Notes: generated from the sequence alone by a model not told the origin. 63,521 nt of DNA, filler included, from Octopus bimaculoides (GCF_001194135.2; 6 parts of 5 records of this genome joined end to end with filler, not necessarily neighbours in it), one strand, 5' to 3'. Positions 12,831-25,091 are shown, counted from the first letter of the whole stretch. A program made the numbers and translations.

Positions 12831-14682
12831 TCTTTAAAATAGTTTCAAAATATTATAACAGCGCGGCCGTAAAGTGCAGGATGAAAGTATCTGGTGTGAT
12901 TTGGCGTGCGCATTCTAAAGCATCACACAAATCATTCTCATCACGAGACATAATCTAAATTTGACCTATTTTTAGTACCTTGTATAATGTAACACCCAGA
13001 CGGCTAAACATCTAGCATATCATATGTGATTTGTTAAGTAAAAACATCAAATATATATTTAAAGATGTGTAAATTAAATAAATGTTACTTAAATTACTTC
13101 AATAATGAAAGTTGAATAAATAATTTTTTACAGGTTGACAATATAAAAATCTTTTAGCGGAAAATCAAATTTCTGAATACTATGTATAATATCCAATTTA
13201 TATTCTATTTAAAATTCGCACTTCCTACACTGTCTGCACAGTATGAGAGGTAATGGCAGTTTAAAAAGAAAAAAAATAGAAACAAACAAAACACAAAAAT
13301 AAACAAAAAGCAAGAGGAAACCAAACGTTTACTGACGCAGTTTCAAATATATTATTAATACTTTTTCTATATTTTTCAATTTACTTGAACATCAATAGTA
13401 AATGCATTGTTAATAAGTTTTCACGAACTTTAAAAAAACAGTTTTAAGCATATTTAAAGAATCTTAAGCATTTTAATTCAAGTCTCATTTAAAATCAGTG
13501 ATTGTAATTTCTCTATTGTTATTACATATAATTGATTACAGGTATGTAATGATATACACCGTTTAATATTATTTGGCGTATGTAAATTTCCTTGATAATA
13601 TTTAGATAAGATTATCCTCTTTGACGTTTAATATTGATTTCTGACGTAAATGCCAACACCCGTAATGAGAAAGGTGCAAAAATTTAACAGATTATTTTCA
13701 TCCAGCAACTGAGTGGCACTCAGACAGCATACAAGACAAAATACTACTGTATTTTCCGGCATACAATTCAAATGTTTCTGAGCAGAGTTTACAAAACGTT
13801 TTGGAGGACCAAAAGCTCTGTTTGAAATTCAGGATTTGGAAAGATATTGACGAAGTTCAGTTATTTACATAACATGTTTATTATATATACTATGTCGGTT
13901 TGTATGCGGGGAAAACATGATAATGATATACTGGCATTAATCTTACTTACTGATATTAGATCCTAACAGTTTGTTAAAAGGGAGAGACCTGGATGTGAAT
14001 TCAGAACAAATCTACTAAATTTTAAATGTGCTTTGATGGCAGGTACTGTTGTAAAGTCAATAATAACAGTATTCTGGTAAGGAGCAACGACCCGAAATAT
14101 ATATTTAATTTGCTGGTTGGATTAAGAAGCTTGCTTTGCAGTCACACGGATTTGGGTTGAGTTCCACTGCGTGGCATCTTATGCAAGAGTCTTCTAGTAT
14201 AACCTCGTGCTGACCAGTGCTCTGCGAATAAATTTTGCTGAATAAGTTTTAAGTCCACCTGTGTCTCAATAAATGGTTCTAAGCCACTCCTTTGGCAGGA
14301 ACCCGCATGGATTTCTTTTAGGCAATTGACAACTACAACCCCTCTCTTTCTCTCTAACACCTCAAACTCTATACCAAACTATATTTAAAAAGCACTTCAA
14401 CGAAAAAACACCAGGCATGTTTTTGACCCACATACGGAAGATAAACTGTTTTTACTTCAAATTTTTATAACTTTTTTACCGATATCCGATAAGATGAGAT
14501 TAATCATCGAAATCGATAATATTTTCTTTATATAATTTTTAAATTACTTTATCAAATTCCTTCTTAAATTGAAATGTCTTAGATTTAATTCTGTGCTATT
14601 TACACATCCATCTTTTATAGATAAAAATTTGATTTGTATAAATCTCTAATCATTCTCCAATTATATATATATATATATATAT

Positions 14683-14782
14683 NNNNNNNNNNNNNNNNNN
14701 NNNNNNNNNNNNNNNNNNNNNNNNNNTTAATTAATTAANNNNNNNNNNNNNNNNNNNNNNNNNNNNNNNNNNNNNNNNNNNN
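14683..14782. other. 100-bp unsized-gap spacer (44 N + TTAATTAATTAA + 44 N), assembly artefact
   Basis: The same construct has its 12-mer at 14727, 23898, 44007, 57164 and 62033; it places TAA in all six frames. Confidence 0.95.
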
Positions 14783-14929
14783 ATATATATATATATATAT
14801 ATATGTGTACATATATATATATATATATATACTATTTAAACGTCTTATTACTCTGATATAAAAAGCAATTTCATTATAACTGCCACAGAAGGTGTATTTT
14901 CCATCGCGGAAAAGTACAGAAAACTGTCA

Positions 14930-15085
14930 GCTGGAGGAGGGAGAGATTGTCGGAGGTTGGCAAGAAAGATTGTTGGATGTTGGCGAGACAGGTTGTCGGA
15001 AGTTGGTAAGAGAGATTGTTGGAGGTTTGTTGGAGGTTTGTTGAGAGAGGTTTCCGGAGGTTGGTGAGAGTGGTTGTTGGAGGAG
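14930..15085. repeat. degenerate GT-rich minisatellite (GTTGG.GAGAGA..TTGTCGGAG-like units)
   Basis: Repeated GTTGG/GGAGGTT/GAGAGATTG modules. This accounts for ORF 14848..15219. Confidence 0.6.
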
Positions 15086-16099
15086 AGGCATCTTTGTTCC
15101 AAAATTTCAGTCTTGCAGGGCTTTGTGATACACAGTGTTTTTAGTTTTGCCGTTGGGTGCATAGATGAATAAATTTTCTGAATTTCCAACTCTAGAGCAT
15201 CTGACATAGAGCTGTTCATGAGAAAAAGCAGGACTGGAAATACTTATTAAATATGTTCTGGAATCAAAAATTTATCTACAGTCATCGAAAAAGTTTAACT
15301 GGAAAAATGCAGAATTATTGGAGTTACGGGCATTTAAAGTGTAATCAAATTTAATTGATAACTCTGCATGCATTGCCAGCATTTATGTCTATTAATGCAA
15401 TGTGTAAATTAATTACAGCAATATGTATATAACTTTAGATATTGAAGTAGAATAGATGAAGAATAATTGTTTGATTTAGTAAATATCAAACATAATGAAT
15501 CGCCATTGTCACATTAGGGCAGCTTGTGAAGTAGAAGATATAGACAGAGATAGATAGAGACGGATAGACGTTTCTTTCAGTTTTTGCCTACAAAATCTAT
15601 TCACAAGGCCAAAGGGCCAATGCAGTGGGACTGAGCCCAGAACCATGTATTTCAGAAGCAAACTTCTTACCACACAGCAACATTTATTTTTATATATTCA
15701 AATATGGAATTAATTTAATTACTTTTGCTGCTTGTTATCCATAGTACTTCTTATTAGTTGAAAGCGTGGATGTAGTCTCATTATTTATGCTCTAATGAAA
15801 GGAGTCAATGTTAATAAAAAAAAAAAAAAAAATCAGTATTTAATTCGTGATAACCTAACAAGACACTTGAAGCACAGCAGCAGTGAGGTTAAGGCATTAT
15901 GTCATTGATCATGTGGCTATGAGTTCAAACCCTACTACAAAATATGTGTTGTATTTCTTCACACTGAACAAGGACATAATTTTGTTTGCTCCAGTTCCTT
16001 TTTGCAGTGGGTTGGTCTGGAAAAAGGGAATTATAGCCATCTAGGACATTCACAGAGCCTTTGAGACATGAAACTGGTTCCACTCTCTACTTTGTGGTT

Positions 16100-16300
16100 G
16101 TTGTTTAATCCTAGGTCAAACCTGATGGACAAGATATATGATAAAAGGAATGTCCATCCCTGACCACCCTAATCTTTAATACAGATATTGTGTGTTTAAA
16201 ACTACATTATCCATTGTGTCCTTTTTTTTTAAAAGGCAAGGTTTGTGTTGAGAGAGAGATTTTGGCTGCTATTTCTAAGAGCTGTTAGAGCCACTACAAA
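16100..16300 (+). repeat. degenerate ~200-bp interspersed repeat family
   Basis: Motif GAGATTT(T)GG.TGCTATTTCTA recurs at about 21640-21800 and 55030-55195, and in reverse at about 17690-17730. Confidence 0.5.
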
Positions 16301-16499
16301 GATGTTTGTTCATTGTCTTCATAGTTGAGTGCCTAGTGGTATGTAAAGAGAAAGAAAGCTATACATCTCTGTGGTATTTATGTTTACAAGCTGTGAAATG
16401 CCTTTGTAATACACCCCTTTTCTTTGCTGTAGTCACAGATTCATGCACTCATTCTAATTCAGGTTATTCATTTTTGTGACACACTCTCTCTCCCTCCTC

Positions 16500-16534
<35 letters not shown>

Positions 16535-16764
16535 AAATGTCATTTGTGTTAGATAACAGCTGGGTTACTATAGTTAGAAAGTTTGTTGTCATTTGATGAA
16601 AATAGATTTTATGTTCTTCATTGTTTCATTTATCAAATCTAAAAGATTTCATGTTAAGAACTTTTTAAATGAGTTATAGTAAATTTTTTTAGAAACTGAA
16701 ATAAATTTTTTATATCTTCTGGTATTCAAGTAGAACTTTTCATCCTTTTGTCCTCTTTAAAAAG

Positions 16765-16870
16765 GTCAGCTTATACACCAAAATAACTTTGGAGCACCAA
16801 AAATTCTTTGTAAAATGCAGCAGGATTTGGAAAGCTTGCAACGATGTTTGAATGTTTACACTACATACTT
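16765..16870 (+). other. weak candidate exon, followed by a 71-nt intron and a second candidate exon starting at 16942
   Basis: AG|16765 and 16870|GTAAGC, then ttatttattttAG|16942. One frame stays open across both (GQLIHQ...VYTTYL-DSDRSWRKEVVVLRPDT*). May be 5' UTR exons. Confidence 0.25.
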
Positions 16871-18238
16871 GTAAGCTAGAAAATACATTATTGCTTACTC
16901 AGAAAAAGCAAGGAAGTGTGTGCATGACTTATTTATTTTAGGGATTCTGACAGGAGTTGGAGGAAGGAGGTAGTGGTTCTCAGACCAGATACCTAACTTG
17001 AAAGTTTGCAACAGAGCTGGACACAATTAAAGGTGATGTTCATAAACTGGATGACACATTAAGCCGACCATTCTTAAATAAGGACAAATCCCTCTGATGG
17101 GTTTCTGCACATTTTCTATCTATCAAATTTCAATCAGAAAGCTTGAATTGGCAGAGACTATAGTAAGCTGTGTGGTTAAGAAGTGAATTTCTTAACCACA
17201 CAACCATTCCTGTACCCAAGTTAGTGTTGTGTTATCTAGTGGTCTTCAGACTGCCAAGAATGCAAAATATTTGCTGTTCACCCATTTTATTAATAAGAAA
17301 ACAAAATAGCTTGCATCTGAACTGCTTTAAAAAGTTTAAAATCATCTTAGGTTTATTAAGCGACTAGCTGAAAAGCTCCATTTCATATGGAGTTTTCAGC
17401 TACCTCCTGCGGAGGGCTAATTGGGCCCATGACCTTAAACTAAAGAGAGCTAAATAGCGTGACTATAATATGTCTTTAATGACTATATGCCCTGGTGGTG
17501 TTTTATCAGTGGTTAAAGACAGATGGGAATTAATTCTGTAATGCAGTCATTCTATTGTTCTAGTTGCAAGTTGAATTCCAACTGTTGGCCAATTTGTCCC
17601 AAAGTTCTTTTGTCAACGTAAAATTAATGAAGTGAATGGCATTTATCTCCCCCTCGATCTCTGACAAACATCAACCAAGATGGCATGAATCAGCTAAGCT
17701 TTACCTGTTAGAAATAGCAGTCTAAATGCTTTTAAATCAGATCCCAATGCTGAATGTTCAAGAGCCAAATGAAGGGTAGATTTTCAGTCTCAGGATAACC
17801 CTGATTCCAAAGAAGTATGTCTATGTAGAGCAAATGTAAACCGAAATGCAGGGTCCCAGATGGACAGAGAGAATTTTGCTTTTATTATTATAGAAGCAAT
17901 TTGTCTGTCCTCTTTTCAACACCCATGGCTCTTCTATGAGAAACATTATAATGCATTAAATTGTTAGGACATTATTAGTGAAGTTGTTTTTGTGAAATAG
18001 TGATTCGAAGAAACATAAATTAGGTGCAGAATTAATTGCAAAGGATTTATAAAAATGGCTGTGTGGTTAAGAGGTTTGCTTTAGAACCATGTGGTTCAGG
18101 GTTTGCCTCCACTGTGTGATCATTGTCAGCTAACTTTCTAACATTCTGTACTACAACCACAGGTTAGCCAATATTTTATGCATATAATTGATAGATAGAA
18201 ACTGAAGAAACCTGTCATACATGTGTGTTTATATAATT

Positions 18239-18283
18239 GTTGTGCTGATGAAGGCTATTGAGCCAGAAACATGTGTCCACAAC
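18239..18283 (+). ncRNA. minimal type I hammerhead ribozyme motif
   Basis: Stem I GTTGTG(18239-44)/CACAAC(18278-83); core CTGATGA (18245-51); stem II GGCT-ATTG-AGCC; GAAA (18266-69); 2-bp stem III AC/GT around ATGT; GTC cleavage triplet (18275-77). There is an A.A mismatch at the base of stem II. Confidence 0.7.
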
Positions 18284-19343
18284 TGTCTTTTATCTTAATG
18301 GCATGTCAGTTTTGGAGAATATCTGAATCTTGATATTGTTTCCTCTTGTCAAGTAGACCTAGTCATTATTGCCATTTGGAAATTATGACATATCTTCTAG
18401 AAGCAGCGATAACTTTAATAAATCAAGACTTTTTGTTGTATGGTATTTTGCTTACTGGTATTTGTCAATGTTATTCAAATCTGGTCACTCTGAGTTATTT
18501 CACTCGATTCATCATCATTATCATCATTTAATGTCTGTTTTCCATGTTGGCATGGGTTGGACGGTTTGACAGGGGCTGGTTAGGCAAAAGACTGCACCAG
18601 GTTTCACTGTTTTGGCAGGGTTTTTTTTATGGCTGGATGACCTTCCTAACATAAACCACCTTACAGAGTGGACTAGTACTTTTTACACCATTTGTTTATG
18701 TATGTATGTGTGTTTGTCTGTGTGTCTATATGCATTCATGTGTTTAATTTCCCCTTCTCTTCATGTGCTTAAAATATGTGAACAAAACAATAGCCTTCCT
18801 ACCAGATACTGGCAGCCTACTTACAGTCAACCACGAAAGCATATCTAGACTTCTTGACATGTAGCACAGTCTTTTGTAAAGAAAGATCATGCAACACAAA
18901 GCAGATCGTAACTATGTCCATATTGTTTCGTTGTTGGTTAGACAAGGTGGGTTATTACCTTGCTTGGAAGCTGGTGAGTATTGGCTTCAGGAAGGGTATC
19001 TTAGTGTAAAAAGTACTGTCCATGGAATGGCTATAGTGTAATTGAAAATGTGATCTGGTTATCAATAGATATGTGGTTTGCATCTCATCAGTGCAACTAT
19101 TCTACTTTTTGTTTCAGATTTGTGCTTGTAATGTCTAATTTCATCAGTAATATGTTGTTATATTCTTAAAGTCCTCGACAGAGTTTCAGCTCAAACTGAA
19201 TTATTACTCTTCAGTCTCAGAGTGACATCAATTGCCTGCAGTTGTAAACTGTTCCTTTTCGTGACACTTCTTTATAGCTAGATAGTTTGGGATATTGAGA
19301 GTTTATGTGTGTGTGTGTGAGTTTATTTTGATGTTACTAAATT

Positions 19344-19706
19344 ATGTGACTGTATGGTAAGTAGCTTGCTTACCGACCACTTGGTTTCGGGTTCAGTCCC
19401 ACTGCATGGCACCTTAGGCATATATCTTCTACTATAGCCACGGGCAGACCAAAGCCTTGTGAGTGGATTTGGTAGACGGAAACTGAAAGAATATCTTTGT
19501 GTGTCTGTGTTTATCCCCCCACCATCGCTTGATAACTGATGCTGGTGTGTTTACATCCCTGTTACTTAGCGGTTTGGCAGAAGAGACCAATAGAATAAGT
19601 ACTAGGCTTACGGAAGTTTAAGTCATGGGGTCGATTTGTTTGACTAAAGGTGGTGCTCCAGCATGGCTGCAGTCAAATAACTGAAACAAATAAAAGAATA
19701 AAACAA

Positions 19707-19708
<2 letters not shown>
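19344..19708 (+). mobile_element. SINE family A, near full length
   Basis: Same head, body and tail as 59968-60377, with CpG-decayed positions. Confidence 0.85.
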
Positions 19709-19764
<56 letters not shown>

Positions 19765-20652
19765 TATAAATTAAAAACGTAAAAATAAAAACAGAACAAA
19801 GGATTTTTACGTTTCCAATTTATTCTTTCACCCCGGCCACTATCTGGCATATACAGGTGCTTGCAATTATCAAGTATTACCTCTAACATTTAATTTACCT
19901 ATATATATATATATAGTTCAAATTTACAGAAAACAAAAGATGAAGACGAGAACAGTAAGTAGGCATATTATTTGACACTTGGGAAGAATGGAAAAGTCTG
20001 ACATCTCTTAACCTTGCTGTTAGACAGAAAGAGATAAAAATGTGTGGGGATTAATGGTTCAATATAATGAAATATATGTGTATATAAAATCACTGAAAGA
20101 TATATATATATGCTTTAAGGGGAAATTGCTGTGATAGCCTCCTCTGATAAATATATTTACCTTGTGATATTTATTCCACCTGAGTTGCACAAACTCTTCC
20201 CTTATGAAATACAGTAAACCAGGTATTGGCCTGTTTAAAGTTTAATTAACATCACTAGTGTTTACAAGGTACAACTGTATGATAATATCTATAGCTTTAA
20301 TTTATCATGTAGGTGTTATGAGAGTTATTTAAATTTTTGGTAGTTATGGTGTGATTATACTTTCACTGAAAAACCATAACAAGATTTTTAGCAGAAGAGT
20401 TATTTCCCATATCATATATTATATAATTATGCCTTTCATATCACAACTTGTGAATCTGTGTCATTAATTATAGATATCTAATTGTTGAATTACTGGTTTA
20501 CTGCTTTACTGATAATAGTGTGTCTGTCTAACTCAGCACAGAACAAATATCTCAAAAGGCTCAATTTGAAAAACACAGGTTTTTTGTTTTTCTCTCTGAT
20601 GTTTATAACCATAACTGAAAGATTATATGCACATGCATGTATATAAAATATG

Positions 20653-20789
<137 letters not shown>

Positions 20790-21333
20790 ATATACTTAGG
20801 TATAAGTATATATGTATGTATACAAGTATGTGTGTGTGTATATACATATATTTGTATGTGTTTGTATGTATGTATAAATATAAGATTATATGCATGCATA
20901 CATCCAAGCCATAACCACATAGCTTTGATAATAATATGCTCCCTGATCAAGTAATGATTGCTTCTTTGAAGTGGTCTAACACCACCAAAATCATATCTGT
21001 AGTTGTTACCTTACCTGCTAACAAAGATCAGATCTCCCTGACTAAGCATGAAAATTTAAATTTCTGTGAAATTAATTCATACTTTCTTATAATTAATATA
21101 ATTGTTAGGTTTTTGTCTTCTTTCTCCAAGTACAAAGAAATTTCAATCCATTTGAGGATTTTTTTGCATATGTGCTTTAGTACATCTCCACCTACCTTAG
21201 ATGATATTAGTCTCCAACCAATGTATTATTTTTTTTTTTACTGCATGTTGAAGCTTAAATTACATTTTTAACATTCCAAGCCTTAAAGATGTCATTTCCC
21301 TTATATGATTTGTTTTTGGTTTTTGTATTTCAG

Positions 21334-21362
21334 ATTTCTTCTAAATATGTACATTACCGTAG
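21334..21362 (+). CDS. candidate upstream start exon of the kelch gene (MYITV, ATG at 21347)
   Basis: Strong acceptor ttttgtatttcAG|21334 and consensus donor AG|GTAAGT at 21363. The ATG frame ends in phase 1, matching the phase-1 starts at 23349 and 51911. No homology support. Confidence 0.4.
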
Positions 21363-21414
21363 GTAAGTTCAGTTGGTTTTGTCTCTTTTAAAACACCAGG
21401 TAACTGGTGCTTAA

Positions 21415-21632
21415 CTCTTTAGCATTTAGATTACTCTGTCAAATGTAATGCTTATTCATACACATTGCTTTGAATTAATCAAGCATTATCTCTTAGTTTT
21501 GAGATTTCAATGATGTGATTGTTCATTTTTAGAATGATATTGTAGGGTAGGTGTGAGGGGCCTGATCTGGCTGGTTTGAATATAAAGCAGATAGAGTATT
21601 TGGGCTTGATATGGCTGGCTTAAATGCTAGTG
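21415..21632. mobile_element. piggyBac-type MITE
   Basis: TTAA on both sides (21411-14 and 21633-36). Termini CTCTTTAGCATTTA / TAAATGCTAGTG. Confidence 0.55.
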
Positions 21633-22377
21633 TTAACTCCTGTTCTGTGCTAATCCTGCAGGAGCTATGATCAAGAGAGTGTTATTGTAACTCTCTTGTA
21701 TATTTAGGGATATCAAGAAATTTATCTACAGTGTTCTTCCCTTTCTTAAAAAAAAAAAAAGTGTGATTAGGTGGGGAGATTTGGTTGCTATTTCTAGCAG
21801 GTAGAGTGATCACTTGTATCTTGACATCTTGAGCTGTCTGAAATCATGAGAATGCAGTTGTTTGAATACTACCTAGATATTGGCAACCGGTGCTGCTCCT
21901 TGCCTTTCTAGATGTGTTAGAACCCACATTGCATATGTACATTCCATTTTGACATCATTTCTATACCTCAAATGGAACATACAATGTTAATAAGAAGGGC
22001 TGTATGCCCTTCATGTTACCAGCCACTTTATAGAGTATACCATGTGTATCACTGACACCAGACAGGCATTCTTGGCCTCATTTGTTTGACTCCAGAGGTC
22101 TTATCTCTGGTATGACTAAAGAAGTCTCTTTTGTCCTGCATTGTCTGTGTTTTTTTTGTTTTTTTTTTCCTCCACACAACTGGTTGAATAAAAAGAGGCA
22201 TTTTCTATCATATCATTACTTATGTTTTGTCAACACTTATGCGGTATGCTGGAACAAAGAAAGAATGATAGTGAGTTTTTATTATATAGACCAAGGAACA
22301 GGGGTCAGTGATCATTGAAATAGTTTCTGAGGTCCATTCCTGACTGGTGAGATTGACACAGTTAATGTTTAAATTTA

Positions 22378-23232
22378 TCATCATCATCATCGATTAATGT
22401 CTGTTTTCTATGCTAGCATGGGTTGGACTGTTTGACTGAAGTCTGGAGAGTCTGCAGCTGCTCAGGCTCCAATCTGATCAGGCAAAGATTCTACAACTGG
22501 ATGCCCTTCCTAATGCCAACCACTCCGAGAGTGTAGTGGGTGCTTTTTACATGCCACCAGCACAGGATCCAGTCGGGCGGGCCTGGCATCAATCACGTTC
22601 AGATGGTGCTCTTTATGTGCCACCACCACAGGAGCCAGTCAGGCAGACCTGGCATCGACCATGTTTGGATGGTGCTTTTTACATGCCACTGGCATGGGAG
22701 TCAGTCTGGGAGTACTGGCATTGGCCATGTTTGGTTGGTGCTTTTTACATGCCACCGGCACAGAAGCCAGACAGGCGGACCTGGCATCGACCACATTCGG
22801 ATGGTGTTTTTTACATGCCATCAGCGGCATGGGAGCCTGTCAGGGGGCACCGGCCCTAGCTATGATATTGGTTTTACTTGACTCAACAAGTCTTCTCAAG
22901 CATATCATATCACCTGGCACATCAAGAGTATTCTTAATAGAGCCGGACATGCATGGCTGCGATCTCACTTTAGTTGCTGGGTCTTCTCAATCACAGCACA
23001 TCTCCAAAGGTTCCGATCTCCTGTCATTGCCTCAGTGAGGCCAAATGTTCAAAGGTCATGCTTCATCACCTCATCCCATGTCTTCCTGGGTCTACCTATT
23101 CCACAAGTTCCCTCCACAGTTAGAGATCGGCACTTCCTCACACTGCTGTCTTCATTTATTCGTAAGTTGAGCATAAGAAGCATCATATGTGGTGTGCAAG
23201 AGTGGCGACTGTGCTGGTATGGCCATGTGTTA
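22378..23232 (-). mobile_element. RTE-clade LINE 3' end with inverted 5' segment
   Basis: (GAT)n tail at 22378, repeat-rich 3' UTR and ORF2 end LRINEDSSVRKCRSLTVEGTCGIGRPRKTWDEVMKHDL on the minus strand. The preceding KLSIRSIICGVQEWRLCWYGHVL is on the plus strand at 23164-23232. Confidence 0.88.
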
Positions 23233-23348
23233 AATATTAGTTTTAGTGAGTGAATGTATACACACACATGCACACATACTTTCATTTTTTAAAAAATTTA
23301 ATTAATTATAGATCATTTTTATTGAATATGTATATGATTTTCAGTAAG

Positions 23349-23606
23349 GGACCACATCATCCATCCTTACTGGACGATGGTTGCATTGTGGTATCTGTTC
23401 CAGCTCATTACATTCTGATGGCAGTATTTGTAACAACACGGCCAAGCTGTATTGGCTTCACCTTTCTGTTGGACATCATCTGTGGCATAAAGAGGAGGAA
23501 CTTGCATGCAAAAGCAATTCTGAGTCTTCCACAAAAAGCCTTGTCTATTCCTGTGCTTTGGGAGGAACTTACAAGGTGCAGAATTCCATGGTCGACTGTA
23601 ATCAAA
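23349..23606 (+). CDS. candidate phase 1-1 cassette exon, Cys/His-rich, 86 codons
   Basis: Acceptor gattttcagtaAG|23349 and donor 23606|GTGAGC. Open frame GTTSSILTGRWLHCGICSSSLHSDGSICNNTAKLYWLHLSVGHHLWHKEEELACKSNSESSTKSLVYSCALGGTYKVQNSMVDCNQ in non-repetitive sequence. Family not recognised. Confidence 0.5.
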
Positions 23607-23953
23607 GTGAGCCTTAGAATTCTAAGATTGGGTAATACCAATTAGACTATACTTTGTTGAGGATATCTAAACAGTTTGTTAAAACCTGAATGGAATTATA
23701 GAATACAAGTTTGGCACATTTTACATATTGTATAATATATATTATAATTGGTAATTTTGGTGAAATTCAGATATTTAACAAAGTTTTTATGACTTTAGTA
23801 GCACTAGGAGTGGCTGTGTGGTAAGTAGCTTGCTTACGAACCACATGGTTCCGNNNNNNNNNNNNNNNNNNNNNNNNNNNNNNNNNNNNNNNNNNNNTTA
23901 ATTAATTAANNNNNNNNNNNNNNNNNNNNNNNNNNNNNNNNNNNNNNNNNNNN

Positions 23954-24399
23954 TATACCTAAGGCACCTACTATGATAGGAATTGTTTCTGTTTTTAGAT
24001 TCCACATTCGAGTTATCTCTATTTCCAGGTCTTTGTATTTTCAAAGTTTTTCCATTTCTTTTAGAGAAACGTTGTCATCTGCTGGTATTGATACATCAAT
24101 TAGAAAGCATTTTTTTTCTTCATGATCTTTGACAACTATATCTGGTCTATTTGCCTTAATTTCTCTATCTGTGTGTATTGGCATATCCCAGAGTATGGTT
24201 GCTTTCTCGTTTTCTGTGACCTTTTCTGGTATGTGTTTATACCATCTTTTTTCTGTTGTTATTCCATAGTGTTGGCATAGCTTCCAGCGTATATAGGTCC
24301 CAACTCATCGTGTCTTTGAATATATTCCTTCTTAGCCAAAACTGGGTAACCAGAGATAATATGATTTATTGTTTCTTGTCCATCTCCACATATTCTTAC
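23954..24399 (-). mobile_element. R4/Dong-clade non-LTR retrotransposon, C-terminal zinc knuckle plus RLE endonuclease fragment
   Basis: Translation RICGDGQETINHIISG..QRHD / WKLCQHYG..LWDMPIHTDREIKANRPDIVVKD..LIDVSIPADDNVSLKEMEKL*KYKDLEIEITRMW..PIIVGALG, with one frameshift and one stop. The 3' end runs into a gap. Confidence 0.9.
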
Positions 24400-25008
24400 T
24401 AATCATCAGCATTATTAGTAAGGCAGTAAGCTGGCAGAATTGGTAGCACACTGGACAAAATGCTTAGTAACATTTCGTCTATCTCAACATTCTGGGTTCA
24501 AATTCAGCCGAGGTCAATTTTGCCTTTCCTCTTATCAATAAAATAAGTACCAGTTGGACACTGGGATCAATGTAATCAACTTGCTCTGCCTCCCTTAATT
24601 GCTGGCCTTGTGCCAAAATTTGATACCAATATTTGCTTAATTTGGAGTGCAGTGACCAAGGTGACCACCCTTGGTTTGGAACAATCAGTAATCTGAGAAG
24701 GCTTTGGAACCATAAGTTCCTGAAAATTAATGTTGTACCAACACATGATCAAATCAATACTTTTGCTTTTCAAGATGAAAGATGCAATTTTGAACGAAAT
24801 TTGATAGGCTGCTCTTTCTAGCAGCTCAACCAACCACTTATAGGCATGCACATTCATCAAAAAGGAGGCAGGTGTATTGATCAGAGGAATTTTAGGTGCA
24901 ATAAGTAAGAGTGTAATTATGGAATTGAAATATAACACATAATGAAAGAAAATAACTGGATATGGAATATTTCAATACCTTTGTGTACTAAATCATGAGT
25001 ACAGTTAC

Positions 25009-25041
<33 letters not shown>

Positions 25042-25091
25042 CAATAATAGCAACAATAATAAAAATCATATATTTATTTATAGATATGTGC

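Noticed and set aside
20990-21045. Minus-strand mini-exon with a GTAAG donor
   Set aside because: No linkable neighbouring exons or recognisable peptide.
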